Shown here piece by piece: positions 9,372 to 19,660 of a DNA stretch of 64,000 bases; position 1 is the first letter of the stretch, and each line of letters starts with the position of its first letter. Both the position numbers and the translations under genes were made by a program. Source of the DNA: Polyangiaceae bacterium (GTDB taxonomy: Bacteria; Myxococcota_A; Polyangia; Polyangiales; Polyangiaceae); contig CBDCTZ010000016.1 in the NCBI GenBank assembly GCA_965222375.1, positions 1,824,001 to 1,888,000 on the forward strand, in the 5' to 3' direction. The notes under the pieces were generated by a model that saw nothing but the letters and a program-made list of their open reading frames with translations, was not told the origin of the DNA and did not search any database.

Positions 9372-10004
9372 ATGGAAATCGCGATTGCATTGTTCGAGCA
9401 AGTGACGGCTCTCGATGCGGTGGGGCCCTATGAGGTGTTGCAGCGGTTGCCGGACGCCACGGTGCGTTTCGTGGGTCACGAGATCGGTTCGGTCCGCACC
9501 GACAACGGTTTTCTAGGATTGAACGTGGATTGCTGCTTCGACGATGTACCGAGCCCGGACGTCCTCTTGGTTCCGGGTGGGATCGGCACGCGCGCGCTGG
9601 TGAAGGACGAAGCGATACTGAAGTGGCTCCGGCGCGCGCACGAGACCACGCGCTACACGACTTCCGTGTGCACGGGGTCGCTGCTGCTCGCTGCTGCGGG
9701 ACTGCTCGATGGCGTGAAGGCGACGACGCACTTTTCGGCGCTGGGCCTATTGGAGAAGTACGGCGCGGTGCCGACCTCCGAGCGTGTCGTGGCCATCGGC
9801 AAGATCGTTACCGCAGCGGGGGTTTCAAGCGGTATCGACATGGCGCTGCGATTGGCAGAGTTGCTCACGGATCAGACGACGGCGAAAGCCCTGCAGCTGA
9901 TGATCGAATACGATCCGCAGCCGCCCCACGATGCAGGCGCGCTTATCAAGGTCGACGCGGCGGTCATCCAGCGCGCCCAAGAACTCTCGAAGCTTCGGAA
10001 CTGA
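9372..10004 (+). CDS. DJ-1/PfpI family protein (isonitrile hydratase-like)
   Basis: LDAVGPYEVL, DVLLVPGG, SVCTGSLLL, ATTH, TAAGVSSGID, IEYDPQPP. Confidence 0.9.
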   Translation: MEIAIALFEQVTALDAVGPYEVLQRLPDATVRFVGHEIGSVRTDNGFLGLNVDCCFDDVPSPDVLLVPGGIGTRALVKDEAILKWLRRAHETTRYTTSVCTGSLLLAAAGLLDGVKATTHFSALGLLEKYGAVPTSERVVAIGKIVTAAGVSSGIDMALRLAELLTDQTTAKALQLMIEYDPQPPHDAGALIKVDAAVIQRAQELSKLRN

Positions 10005-10024
10005 CGCGATGGCGCCGCGGGTAC

Positions 10025-10592
10025 CTAGTAGGTCTTGCGTGAAGAAAACGCATCGCCACGCAACAGGAAGAGGGTGCCGGTTGCGTCGATGCCGGCTCCG
10101 CTGAGGCTGGTGTTTTGGGCTTCGGGCAAGGGCACGCCTTGCCAAGCTGCGCCGCGATCGTGAGTGACCTGCAGATCCGTATTTCCGTCGGTCCACAGCA
10201 CGAGGGTTTTGTCGTCGGTGGGGGAGAGGGCCAGGTTGAAATGCTTCGTCCCGAAGGGATGCGCGATGGCCTGGAACGTCTTGCCGCCGTCCGAGTTGCA
10301 GCTCGTTGTTGGAGCCTGCGCCGGACGACTTTGCATGCAGATAGAGGGATTGGGGATTTGCAGGTGTGACCCAAGCTCGCGCGGGCGCCGAGGCGGAGGT
10401 GTGGATCTCGCTGCACAAGATCTTGAGGCTGTTCTTCGGGTCCGGTCCGCAACGAGCCAGGGTGTTGTGGAGGCTTGCCGCTACGTAGAATTCGCTCGGG
10501 GAGCCGGGGAGGCTACGCGCCCCGCGGTCACCCATGCAGTTTCGCTGAGCGCGACTGAGTGGAGGCGTCCAAACTAGGCTACGCGCCGACAT
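10025..10592 (-). pseudogene. Frameshifted fragment of an Asp-box (BNR) repeat protein
   Basis: SDGGKTF and THDRGAAW Asp-box-like motifs in 10025-10336; the upstream part (NPQSLYLH) lies in another frame. Confidence 0.5.
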
Positions 10593-10607
10593 GCTATGAC
10601 TTGAAGC

Positions 10608-12149
10608 ATGGGGAAAGCTGTCGGGATCGGCGTTGTGGTTTTAGTATCGGTTGCGGTCTGGGCATGTGGCTCCGACGATAGCTCTGGCTCGAGCCCCGGC
10701 GGCGCGGGCGGGACTGCGACCGGAGGCGGCGCGGGCGCAGGGGGAAACAGTGGTGCCGGTGGAAGCGCTGGAAGCTCTGGCGCAAGCGGGTGTCCCAAAG
10801 GAGCCTCCGGCACCGCGCCCAGTGACTACTTGACCCAGTACAAAGCCGGTTCACGGTTGCAGCCGCGGTTGGTCACCGCTCCGGGCGCCCCGCAGATCTT
10901 CGATGGCTTCTTCGATACCAAACTCGGCGTGGCGTGCACGTTCGAGCTCGCGACTGATGACAAACTCCGCTGCTTGCCACTGGACGCTGACTTGGCCGTA
11001 CTCCTGGGCTACGCCGACGGCGCTTGCGAAGACGCCCTGTGGGAAGCAGACCCAGCCTGCAAGACCACCACTGGCTATAGCCGCAAGAGAACTGAGTGCA
11101 GATGGAAGTTCGCCATCCACCCGCTGGTCGAACACGTCGGAGGGGTCGTGCCGTACAACGGTTCGCCGGGCAATTGCACTGCGACAGGAAACACGACGCC
11201 AAATCTCAACGTGTTCAAACGCGGAAGCGAGGTCAGCCCGGACAACTTCGTCTTGGGCACGGTGCAAGACCTACCCGGGGTGTGTGACGCAACGCTCAGG
11301 ATTGTGATGGGCGAAGATGGGTCCTCGGGGCCCTTGTCGATCGCGGACGTCGGTTCGTCGGTTCCGTGTGATGCACGACCTGGACCATGTAGACCATCGC
11401 GTTTGGCCTTTGAAGAGGAGCTGTACACGGACGCTGCCTGCACGGCGCCTGCGCCTTTTGCAACTTCGCTGGATGCCGAAAGCTGCACGCCACCGGACTT
11501 CATTCGGGGCACATCGGGCCAACCGCAGTCCTACTATCGCGTGGGGCCACTCGTGAAAACACCGGTATTTGCCAAAGCTGGCGGTAGCGTCTGTGAGCCC
11601 GCCAAGGACAAGCCGTGGATCGGATCAGTCTACGAGCTCGGAACCGAAGTGCCCGGCAGCGAGTTTGCCACGCTGGTGACGAGCCAAGTTGGGACCGGCA
11701 GGCTTCAGGCGCTGTTGATCGCGGAGCAGTCGTCGCCGCTGCTCGGCGGCGGACTGGAAGGTGGCTTCCACGACACTCAGCTCAAGAAGAACTGCACCCC
11801 ATGGCTCTTCGACGACGACAAGTGGCGTTGCTTGCCGGTCAACTTCGTCTCTGGTGCGGATCGGTTCGCCTTCAACGATGCCGCCTGCACCGAGCCGGTC
11901 GTGAGTTGCGTGGGAGATTCCTGCTCCGGCAACCTGTACGTCGAAGACTCGCCGGTGCCCAATGTGTGTGCGCCCGGTCGCCACGTGGTTCGTGTTTTGC
12001 GGCTTTCCGCCAAGGCAACTGGCCACTATCGGAAGACGGGGCCCTCCGCGCCATGCGTGGACCAGGGCGCGCCCTTCGCTGAACACTGGGTGGGTGTGCC
12101 GGCGGCCTACACCGAGTTCGCCGAAATGACGGTCGAACTCGCCAAATAG
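10608..12149 (+). CDS. Cys-rich lipoprotein with Gly linker and two internally duplicated domains
   Basis: VWAC lipobox; GSRLQP..FFDTKLGVACT..DDKLRCLP repeated as TGRLQA..FHDTQLKKNCT..DDKWRCLP. Confidence 0.75.
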   Translation: MGKAVGIGVVVLVSVAVWACGSDDSSGSSPGGAGGTATGGGAGAGGNSGAGGSAGSSGASGCPKGASGTAPSDYLTQYKAGSRLQPRLVTAPGAPQIFDGFFDTKLGVACTFELATDDKLRCLPLDADLAVLLGYADGACEDALWEADPACKTTTGYSRKRTECRWKFAIHPLVEHVGGVVPYNGSPGNCTATGNTTPNLNVFKRGSEVSPDNFVLGTVQDLPGVCDATLRIVMGEDGSSGPLSIADVGSSVPCDARPGPCRPSRLAFEEELYTDAACTAPAPFATSLDAESCTPPDFIRGTSGQPQSYYRVGPLVKTPVFAKAGGSVCEPAKDKPWIGSVYELGTEVPGSEFATLVTSQVGTGRLQALLIAEQSSPLLGGGLEGGFHDTQLKKNCTPWLFDDDKWRCLPVNFVSGADRFAFNDAACTEPVVSCVGDSCSGNLYVEDSPVPNVCAPGRHVVRVLRLSAKATGHYRKTGPSAPCVDQGAPFAEHWVGVPAAYTEFAEMTVELAK

Positions 12150-12304
12150 TGGTTGCGTTGGGCCCTCCGCCGGGTTCGGTTCTTGCAAAGCAAGCGCAGC
12201 ACCTGCGGCCGCGCCGGCATGAGAAAAATCAACTCGGCCAGCCGCTCGACGCGAAGCAGCTGGAGAACGTAGCGGTTATTGTCGCAGGATTCAGGAGGGA
12301 ACAC

Positions 12305-12748
12305 ATGGCGGACGACACTCAGGCAGACATTCTGGAGGAGCACCGTCGCATCACAGGTCTTTTGGGGCGCCTGGAAACGGCGGTAAACGAGCCCATGGTG
12401 CGGCCGGGCTGGTCTCAGGAGCTCGCCGGCATGTTGGGTGAGCTGATGGCTCTTCTCAAGGAGCATTTCAGCGGGGAGGCCGAGACCAAGTTCTTTCAGG
12501 AACTGATGGAGACCGAACCCCGGCTGAGCAACCAGATCACGAAGCTGGCCATGGAGCATTCTGGCATCGTCAAAGCGTTCTCGGAAGCCGGCGAAATGGC
12601 GCAACGGCTCGACGTTGCAGACGAAAGCCAAGTTTCGAAGGTCAAACGCAAGGTTCAGCTCGCGATGGCCACGTTGGAACGGCATGAGGCGGAGGAAAAC
12701 GAATTGATCATGCGCGCCTACTGGGAGGACATCGGAGCAGCCGACTAG
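12305..12748 (+). CDS. Hemerythrin (HHE) domain protein
   Basis: AGGAGG RBS; EEHRRI, EHFSGE, EHSGI, RHEAEENEL ligand pattern. Confidence 0.8.
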   Translation: MADDTQADILEEHRRITGLLGRLETAVNEPMVRPGWSQELAGMLGELMALLKEHFSGEAETKFFQELMETEPRLSNQITKLAMEHSGIVKAFSEAGEMAQRLDVADESQVSKVKRKVQLAMATLERHEAEENELIMRAYWEDIGAAD

Positions 12749-12828
12749 GCCTTCCAACCTGGTATGTTGCCCGAGCTAAGAACCTGCCCATCTAGGCATC
12801 GAAATGAGTTGTCGCGCCTTGGTCCCAA

Positions 12829-12842
12829 TTGACCGGACGCAA
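12829..12842. promoter_or_regulatory. Possible FNR/CRP-family binding site upstream of korA
   Basis: TTGAC-CGGA-CGCAA versus consensus TTGAT-N4-ATCAA (7/10), ~60 bp before ATG 12899. Confidence 0.3.
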
Positions 12843-12898
12843 CTGCGCAATAGCTGCGCTTCCCGGCGTACGTCGCGCAAAAGGAGAGGGTCTCTAGG

Positions 12899-14815
12899 AT
12901 GACCACCACCGCTTCTGGTCCAGCAGAACCACAAGAACCTACATCGAAGAAAGTGACCCCTGTTCACGCGCAGGAGCTCAGCCAGCACGTAGTCGAAATC
13001 GTGTGCGACTCCGGGGAGGGAGCGCAGACCGCGGGTCAGTTGTTCGGAACCATCAGCGCCCGGATGGGCAACGGGGTTTGGACGGTGGAGATCATCCCCG
13101 CCGAAATCGAACCACCCCACCGCTCACGCTCGGGCGCGAGCGGGAATCGAATTCGTATCGGAAGCTCGGAAGTCACCAACATGGGTGACGAGGCGGATAT
13201 CGTCATCGCCTTCAACGAACAGGTGCTCTACAGCCGCATCGACCTGGGTGCACTGCGCGCCGGCACGATCATCTTCCTCGAGAGCAAGTGGAAGGACGAT
13301 CCCCAGGAATCGATCCGCAAGGAGTATGCGGAGGCCATGGCCGACTTTGCCGAGCGCGGCTACGTCGTTCGCGAGATCCCCATGGAGGAAGAGTGCCTAA
13401 AGGTCGTGGCGGACGCGCGCCGAGGCAAGAATATGTGGGCCCTCGGCCTGCTGTGCGAAGTCTATGGTCACGATCTCGAGCGTGTGCTTGGTGAGGTGAC
13501 GCGCAAGTTCGAGAAGAAGGGGGAGAAGGTCGTCGCCGCGAATGTGGCCCTGGTGCGCGGCGGCTTCGAATGGGCCAAGCAGAACCTGGACGTGCGCTTT
13601 CGCGTGCCAGCGCGTGAGCTGAAAGAAGACTACGTCGTGATGAACGGCAACCAGGCTGCCGCTCTGGGCATTCTGGCCAGCGGGATTGAACTCTGCTCGA
13701 TGTATCCGATCACGCCGGCGACCTCCGTCACCCACTACCTGGCTGCCACGATGGACAAATGTGGCGGTTTCATTCACCAAGCCGAAGACGAGATTGCTGC
13801 TATCGGTTTTGCCATCGGCGCGTCCTACGCTGGAAAGACCGCGGTGACGGTGACCTCCGGGCCCGGACTGGCCCTCAAGACGGAGTTCATCGGCTTGGCC
13901 GTCATGGCGGAAGTGCCCTTGGTGATCGTGAACGTGCAGCGCGGCGGTCCGTCGACGGGGCTTCCGACTCGGGTCGAGCAGGGAGACCTGCTGGCGTCGC
14001 TGTATGGCGAGCCCGGGGATGCTCCGAAGATCGTGATCGCGCCCACCACGATCCCCGAGTGTTTTCACTTCATGATCACGGCACGCAAGTTGGCAGAGGC
14101 ATTTCGCGGCCCCGTGATCGTTCTGACTGATGCCAACCTGGCGACCGGCCAGCAGCCTTTCGTGCGCCCCGAAGTTCAAGAGGAGTGGCTCGCTCCACCG
14201 ATTGATCAATCGGATTGGAATTCGGAGGTCGCGCCCTATGAGTGGGACGCAGAGACCGGCGCATCCGCGCGTCCCATTCCAGGTCAGCGAGGTGGCGAAT
14301 ACGTGCTCACGGGCCTCGCCCACGATGAGAATAGCAAAGTCGCCTACGAGTCAGCGATCAACCAGCGAAGCATGGAGCATCGCAGCCGCAAGTTGGCAGT
14401 GCTGCAGCGGTCCTTGAAGCCTCCTAAGGTGTATGGCGACGAAGAAGGCGACCTGCTCGTGGTCAATTGGGGATCCGCGCGCGGCGCGGTGGAAGAAGCC
14501 GTGGATCGAATTCGCAAGGACGGTCAGAAGATTGGTTCGCTGACGCTACGCTTCCTGCAACCCCTGGAGCCCGGCCTGGAAGAGATCTTCAAGCGTTTCA
14601 AGCGCGTCATGACCGTCGAGATCAACTACAGCGATCCGACGAACGGGCCCAACATTACCGCGGAGAACCGGCGCTACTCGCAGTTGGCCTGGTACCTCCG
14701 GGCGCGAACTCTCGTCGATATCGACTGCTGGTCACGCGTCCCAGGCATTCCGTTGCCGCCAGGGATGATCGAAGTGGAACTCAGGCGGCGGCTTTCCAAC
14801 GGCGCGAGCGCCTGA
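12899..14815 (+). CDS. korA: 2-oxoacid:ferredoxin oxidoreductase alpha subunit (fused gamma domain); substrate uncertain
   Basis: DSGEGAQTAG, YPITPA, QAEDEIAA, TSGPGLALK, QRGGPSTGLPT all intact. Confidence 0.92.
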   Translation: MTTTASGPAEPQEPTSKKVTPVHAQELSQHVVEIVCDSGEGAQTAGQLFGTISARMGNGVWTVEIIPAEIEPPHRSRSGASGNRIRIGSSEVTNMGDEADIVIAFNEQVLYSRIDLGALRAGTIIFLESKWKDDPQESIRKEYAEAMADFAERGYVVREIPMEEECLKVVADARRGKNMWALGLLCEVYGHDLERVLGEVTRKFEKKGEKVVAANVALVRGGFEWAKQNLDVRFRVPARELKEDYVVMNGNQAAALGILASGIELCSMYPITPATSVTHYLAATMDKCGGFIHQAEDEIAAIGFAIGASYAGKTAVTVTSGPGLALKTEFIGLAVMAEVPLVIVNVQRGGPSTGLPTRVEQGDLLASLYGEPGDAPKIVIAPTTIPECFHFMITARKLAEAFRGPVIVLTDANLATGQQPFVRPEVQEEWLAPPIDQSDWNSEVAPYEWDAETGASARPIPGQRGGEYVLTGLAHDENSKVAYESAINQRSMEHRSRKLAVLQRSLKPPKVYGDEEGDLLVVNWGSARGAVEEAVDRIRKDGQKIGSLTLRFLQPLEPGLEEIFKRFKRVMTVEINYSDPTNGPNITAENRRYSQLAWYLRARTLVDIDCWSRVPGIPLPPGMIEVELRRRLSNGASA

Positions 14816-14829
14816 CAAGGAGTCGATTG

Positions 14830-15783
14830 ATGCACGGTCTCAAGTTGGACTGGGTCTGCGAAATGCCTCCGCGGCATTTCGTGCTCGAAGACTACGAGGG
14901 TGCGACGCCGCGCTGGTGTCCTGGTTGTGGCGACACTGCGGTTCTGACTGCAGTTCAGAAGCTCGCCCGTGATGAGCAGCTTTTGCCGGAGAAAATCGCC
15001 GTGGTCAGCGGTATCGGCTGTTCCAGTCGGTTCCCGCACTACATGAAGACCTACGGTTTTCATGGGTTGCACGGGCGGGCGCTGCCTGTCGCGTGCGGAG
15101 TGCGTTCACGCCGACCCGACTTGCACGTCTTCGTCGCCACCGGGGACGGCGACTGCTGTGCGATCGGAACCGCCCACTGGATACACGCGATTCGCTACAA
15201 CATGAAGATGACCGTGATGATGTTCGACAACAACATCTACGGTTTGACCAAGATGCAGACGTCGCCCACGACGCGCATGGGTTTCTCGTCGAACACCCAC
15301 CCCGGCGGGCCGCCCCTGAGCCCGATCAATCCACTGTCCGTCATCTTGGGCATCAAGAATGCTTCCTTCTTGGCGCAAACCGTCGACTGGAATCCGGCGC
15401 ACGTGATGTCGACCCTGAATCAGGCGTACCACCACGAGGGGCTGAGCTTCGTTCGCATCCTTCAGCGTTGCCCCCACTACATGGATCATGTCTGGGACGA
15501 GGTTCAGGACGACCCCTCGAAGCTGCTCTTGCTCGAGCATGAAAACGGCATCCCCATCGACCCGAGTTTGAAGCGCCTATTCCCCAACTCGACGAGCCAT
15601 GATCCCTCGGACTTGTCCAAGGCGCGAGATATTGCCGGCCGCGAGGACGTGATGCCGATCGGTCTTCTGTACCGCGACGAGGACGGCGAGCGTTACGACC
15701 AGGTTTCCGCCCTAGGCGTGGGCACACCTCCGGATGTGCGGGTCAAGTCCGTGCAGGCTGCCATTGACCGCTTCATGGTCTGA
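14830..15783 (+). CDS. korB: 2-oxoacid:ferredoxin oxidoreductase beta subunit (TPP-binding)
   Basis: WCPGCGD, SGIGCSSR, HGRALP, GDGD...DNNIYGLTK. Confidence 0.92.
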   Translation: MHGLKLDWVCEMPPRHFVLEDYEGATPRWCPGCGDTAVLTAVQKLARDEQLLPEKIAVVSGIGCSSRFPHYMKTYGFHGLHGRALPVACGVRSRRPDLHVFVATGDGDCCAIGTAHWIHAIRYNMKMTVMMFDNNIYGLTKMQTSPTTRMGFSSNTHPGGPPLSPINPLSVILGIKNASFLAQTVDWNPAHVMSTLNQAYHHEGLSFVRILQRCPHYMDHVWDEVQDDPSKLLLLEHENGIPIDPSLKRLFPNSTSHDPSDLSKARDIAGREDVMPIGLLYRDEDGERYDQVSALGVGTPPDVRVKSVQAAIDRFMV

Positions 15784-15800
15784 ACAAGGAGTCGCTGAAG

Positions 15801-18800
15801 ATGCATGTGACACCGCGCGGCGATCGAAGAGGCGCGGAAACCGTGGCGCAGAGCGCGCCTCCGGGCACGTCAGCTGCGCCAACCGCTTACCGGGTTTGTT
15901 CCGGAGCTAGCGTGGTCCAACAGGTGGAACTGGCAATCTGCGGGATTGAAGCCGTTCCCACGGACGCCCAGGCCGAAGGGCTCGCATTGGCGGGTCAGCG
16001 CGCGGCTCGGGCACTCTCGGCGGAGCCGCCCACGTCCGAGCCCCGCGCGGGCTGGGTGTTGCACAAGAGCGGCAAGTCCGCGCGCTTCGGGGCGTACAGT
16101 TTTGCGGCCGCGGACGCACAGGAAGCCGTAGACCAGAGCCTTGTCGCGCAGCTCTTGTGCGCACTGACAGGCAGGCCGGCCGAGTGCGTGGTCGGGCAGC
16201 GCTTTGCCTCGCAGCCCTGGCAGTATCAACCGCTCTCGCGGCAATTGATCGACGACACGTTTGCCCTGACCCTCCCGACGGGAACGAGCAGGTGCGAGGC
16301 GGTCGACCTTGCGCTTGCGCACGTGACGAAGCTTTCCGGCCGAGCACAAGCGCCGCTGGTGGACTACCGTCGGCAAGACGCAGAAATTCTGCTGATCGCC
16401 TACGGCGAAGACCGCCAAACGATGATCGACCTGATCGAGGCGCTTCGCCGCCAGGGAGTCGCAGCGGGTGGCATCGGTGTTGCGTTGTTGCGTCCATTCC
16501 CGGACAAGGCGCTTGCCGAGCTGGTCTCCGGCAAGCGTCAGGTTGTCGTGCTCGGTAGCGACGATGCCTTTGCCGAGGATGTACTGCGGAGTTCGAGGGG
16601 TGGGGACGGCAAGGGCATCGAGCAACACCGGGCGCTTTGTGAACTCTCCGAAGTGCAGAGTGTGCTCGGGTTGGAGGTGGAGCCTGCGGGCGGTGCAGAC
16701 GAGCCCTGCGTCAACATGGGCGTCGTGCCCGCCGGGCCTCAGGCTCAGGAGCTCCTCTTCGAAGCGCTCTCCCGAGTTCGAGAGCCGATTGCCACGTTTT
16801 CCGTTCCCGCGGCGCCGGATGTCACTGCCTTGGGTATCGCGCGCCGCGTGGTCGCGGAGCCGACCGACTCCCTGGATCTCGCGCTCCTGGCGCACCCGTC
16901 ACTGCTCGACGCGAGCTTGGGTCTGCGTCAGGGCGCTCGGGTCATCTTGGTGCAGGAGGCAGACAGCGCCACGCAGGTCGTCGCTGGGCTTTCGCCAGCC
17001 CAGCGCAGGCTGTGCGCGGAACGAGCGCTCGCGGTCGATTGGTTCAATCCGGCCACCGCAGGCGTTCCGAGCACGGGGCCGGGCGCGGACTGGGTCTTGC
17101 TTCAGGAGGCACTGCTCGAAGCTGCGGTGTCGACTCTGTCGGAACGCGTCGGGTTGACGCGCTTCGTGATACCCGACGGGGTGAGCAAGTCGCCCAAGTC
17201 CATCGAGCGACTCGTGCGCCTCGACACCAAGCAGCTCCCGGACCAAAGGGCCGCAGAGGTCAGCTTCAAGCCGCCGCGGCAGCGCCCGCTACTGCCCGAC
17301 ACAGCGGACGCCCCGAGTGAAGAGTGGCGCATGGCGTTGCGTCGATTCCATCTGACCGGAGTTGGCGCTGCGGGTGGCGCTGCGCTGCTGCCCCTTGCCC
17401 CCGCGGCGGCCACTTCGCTGGTGCGCAATGCCCCCAGTCTGTACCCCCTCGTCCTTCAGGAGGGACAAGACGCGGAGATCGAGCCCTTCGTGCAGGTGCT
17501 CCAGGGCACCCTTGATTCCCTGGAGAAATCCGGAACTCCACTGGCCATCATCGCCGAACACAAGCGCCGCTTGGTCGCCGCGGCATTGGCGATCGTTGCG
17601 GAGCGCGGAACTACCGATCTGAGCGAGGTGCTGAGCCCGGCTTGCCAGCGCTTCGAAGCGGAACTTTCGCTGAGCAAGAAGGGTCGAATCGCGCTGGCTG
17701 AGGAAACCGGCATACTGAAACGCGCCATTGCTACTGGCGGTCGTGTCCTTGGTCTAGGCAGCCACGCACATCTGGAGATGTACGCCGCACAGGTGTTGCC
17801 GGAGCGGCGGCGACGGCGCGCGGCTCTCCGTGGTCAACTGCAGCAGCTGCACCAGCGGCTGGCCGATATGTTGCAGGTCGACGAGGGTCATTCGGAAGAC
17901 GCCAAGAGCCCCGAGAACGTTGCCAAGAGCCTTGGCGAAATGGACTTCGTCGATCCCGCTGCACTCGCTCAGGCGATCAAACCCCGGCAGGGCTCCAAAC
18001 GCTTGCCTGCGGCGCGACGGGCCAGACTGCAGAAAGCTGCCGCCGTGCTCGGAAACTACCTTGCACGCATGGACACGCTGCCTGAACTGTTCTTGGTCAG
18101 CGCTGAACGCGTCGAGCTCGGGCCATGGCGAGTACATCAAGTAACGCACCCGAGCCCCCTGGGCGTCGCGGCGGGGCTCTTTGACGGATTGGTTCGCGAA
18201 ATCACGCCGGTGCTCCGCTCTCTGCGCATTGCTCGCCTCGAGGTGGACTCTCGCTACGACGACGCCGTGCACGGACCCGTACTCGCGGACTTCGACTGGA
18301 CCCGGTTCGAGGAATGGGAACTGTTGTTCCTGCCACCGGTGCTTGCAGTTGAAAAGGCCGCAAACGTTTGGCATTCCTCCCAGCGGTCTCTGTACGACGT
18401 CTTGCAGAGTGGTCGTCCGCTTCATCTCATCGTGGAAGAGGCCTTTGGACTCGACCCAGAGCAGCAGCCAGCCGGCCTGGGATACGCACTGGTCGCCCAA
18501 CGTGAAGCTGTTGTGGTCCAAACCAACCTGGCCCGACCGGAACACTTTGCACGAGGACTGTCGCTGATGGCAGCCGCGTCCCGGCCGGCGGTCGCGGTGC
18601 TGGCTCCGCGCCCACCGTCCGGGCCGATGCCAGCGTGGGTACGTCTGGCGGCCGCGCATGAAGGCCGCGCCTTGCCTTGCTTCTACTACGCGCCGGATCG
18701 AGGCCTGACCTGGGCCGACAGTTTTGACATTCAGGACAATCCCGCGCCGGACGAGTTCTGGTCCGCTCACGAGATTGACGCTGAGGACACATCCGGCCAG

Positions 18801-19655
18801 GTCCGGACGATTGTGGAGCGTTTCACGTTTGCCCACGCGGCCGCGTTGGAAGTGAACTACCGCCATCACTTCTGGTCGATACCGTCGGAGGCGTGGAGCG
18901 ACGAGCAAGTCCCTCTGGCCGAGTACGTGGACCAGTTGCTGGAGGGTGACGCCACGAGCGTTCCTTACATCTGGACGACCGACGAACAGGGCAATCTGGG
19001 CCGGGCAGTCGTATCTCGCGCCCTGGCCGTGGAGAGTCACCGTCGCCTTCGCCTCTGGCGCGTCCTGGAAGAACTTGGTGGGGCGAGGAACGAACACGCG
19101 AGGCGCGCTGCCGCGGCGGCCAAAGAAGCGGCCCAAGTAACCGCAGCCGCCGAACAGAGTGAGCTCGAGGCTCGGCACGCCGGGGAGCTGGAGCGAGTCC
19201 GCAACGAAGTGGCGGCGGAGGCCCTAGGCCGACTGGCTCAGGCCCTGATGGACCCCGGCGCCCTCGCCCTGGCGGCTGCGACCTCCGCGCCCGCCGCTGA
19301 AGCAACGCCGACCTCGGTTGCGCTGCCCGTCGCCCCTGAAGAGCCCTCGCCGGACACGCTGCCGGAGCCAGCACCCGAGGCGGATGACGATGACGAAAGT
19401 GTTTCGTTCTCGGATCCTTACATTGACACCCTGCTGTGCACGACCTGCAACGAGTGTATCAACATCAACCCGCAGATGTTCCTGTACAACGCCGACAAGC
19501 AGGCAGTGCTCGGCGACGTGAAGACAGGCACGTTCTTGCAGATGGTCAAGGCTGCCGAGAAGTGTCCGGCTGCTTGCATTCATCCTGGTGAGCCGCGGAA
19601 GGACGACACCACGGTCACCGACGACCTGGTTGCCCGCGCGGCGAAGTTCAACTGA
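15801..19655 (+). CDS. Large degenerate PFOR-fold protein with C-terminal ferredoxin domain
   Basis: PFOR domain II remnant DAEILLIAYG...LLRPFP; TPP-domain remnant without GDG; CTTCNEC...CPAACIHPG at the C-terminus. Confidence 0.8.
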   Translation: MHVTPRGDRRGAETVAQSAPPGTSAAPTAYRVCSGASVVQQVELAICGIEAVPTDAQAEGLALAGQRAARALSAEPPTSEPRAGWVLHKSGKSARFGAYSFAAADAQEAVDQSLVAQLLCALTGRPAECVVGQRFASQPWQYQPLSRQLIDDTFALTLPTGTSRCEAVDLALAHVTKLSGRAQAPLVDYRRQDAEILLIAYGEDRQTMIDLIEALRRQGVAAGGIGVALLRPFPDKALAELVSGKRQVVVLGSDDAFAEDVLRSSRGGDGKGIEQHRALCELSEVQSVLGLEVEPAGGADEPCVNMGVVPAGPQAQELLFEALSRVREPIATFSVPAAPDVTALGIARRVVAEPTDSLDLALLAHPSLLDASLGLRQGARVILVQEADSATQVVAGLSPAQRRLCAERALAVDWFNPATAGVPSTGPGADWVLLQEALLEAAVSTLSERVGLTRFVIPDGVSKSPKSIERLVRLDTKQLPDQRAAEVSFKPPRQRPLLPDTADAPSEEWRMALRRFHLTGVGAAGGAALLPLAPAAATSLVRNAPSLYPLVLQEGQDAEIEPFVQVLQGTLDSLEKSGTPLAIIAEHKRRLVAAALAIVAERGTTDLSEVLSPACQRFEAELSLSKKGRIALAEETGILKRAIATGGRVLGLGSHAHLEMYAAQVLPERRRRRAALRGQLQQLHQRLADMLQVDEGHSEDAKSPENVAKSLGEMDFVDPAALAQAIKPRQGSKRLPAARRARLQKAAAVLGNYLARMDTLPELFLVSAERVELGPWRVHQVTHPSPLGVAAGLFDGLVREITPVLRSLRIARLEVDSRYDDAVHGPVLADFDWTRFEEWELLFLPPVLAVEKAANVWHSSQRSLYDVLQSGRPLHLIVEEAFGLDPEQQPAGLGYALVAQREAVVVQTNLARPEHFARGLSLMAAASRPAVAVLAPRPPSGPMPAWVRLAAAHEGRALPCFYYAPDRGLTWADSFDIQDNPAPDEFWSAHEIDAEDTSGQVRTIVERFTFAHAAALEVNYRHHFWSIPSEAWSDEQVPLAEYVDQLLEGDATSVPYIWTTDEQGNLGRAVVSRALAVESHRRLRLWRVLEELGGARNEHARRAAAAAKEAAQVTAAAEQSELEARHAGELERVRNEVAAEALGRLAQALMDPGALALAAATSAPAAEATPTSVALPVAPEEPSPDTLPEPAPEADDDDESVSFSDPYIDTLLCTTCNECININPQMFLYNADKQAVLGDVKTGTFLQMVKAAEKCPAACIHPGEPRKDDTTVTDDLVARAAKFN

Positions 19656-19660
19656 TTGGA

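Noticed and set aside
17754..19178. Long antisense ORFs (also 15870..16895, 13397..14323, 36359..37552, 32216..33169)
   Set aside because: Shadow frames of real genes, expected at high GC; no recognisable motifs
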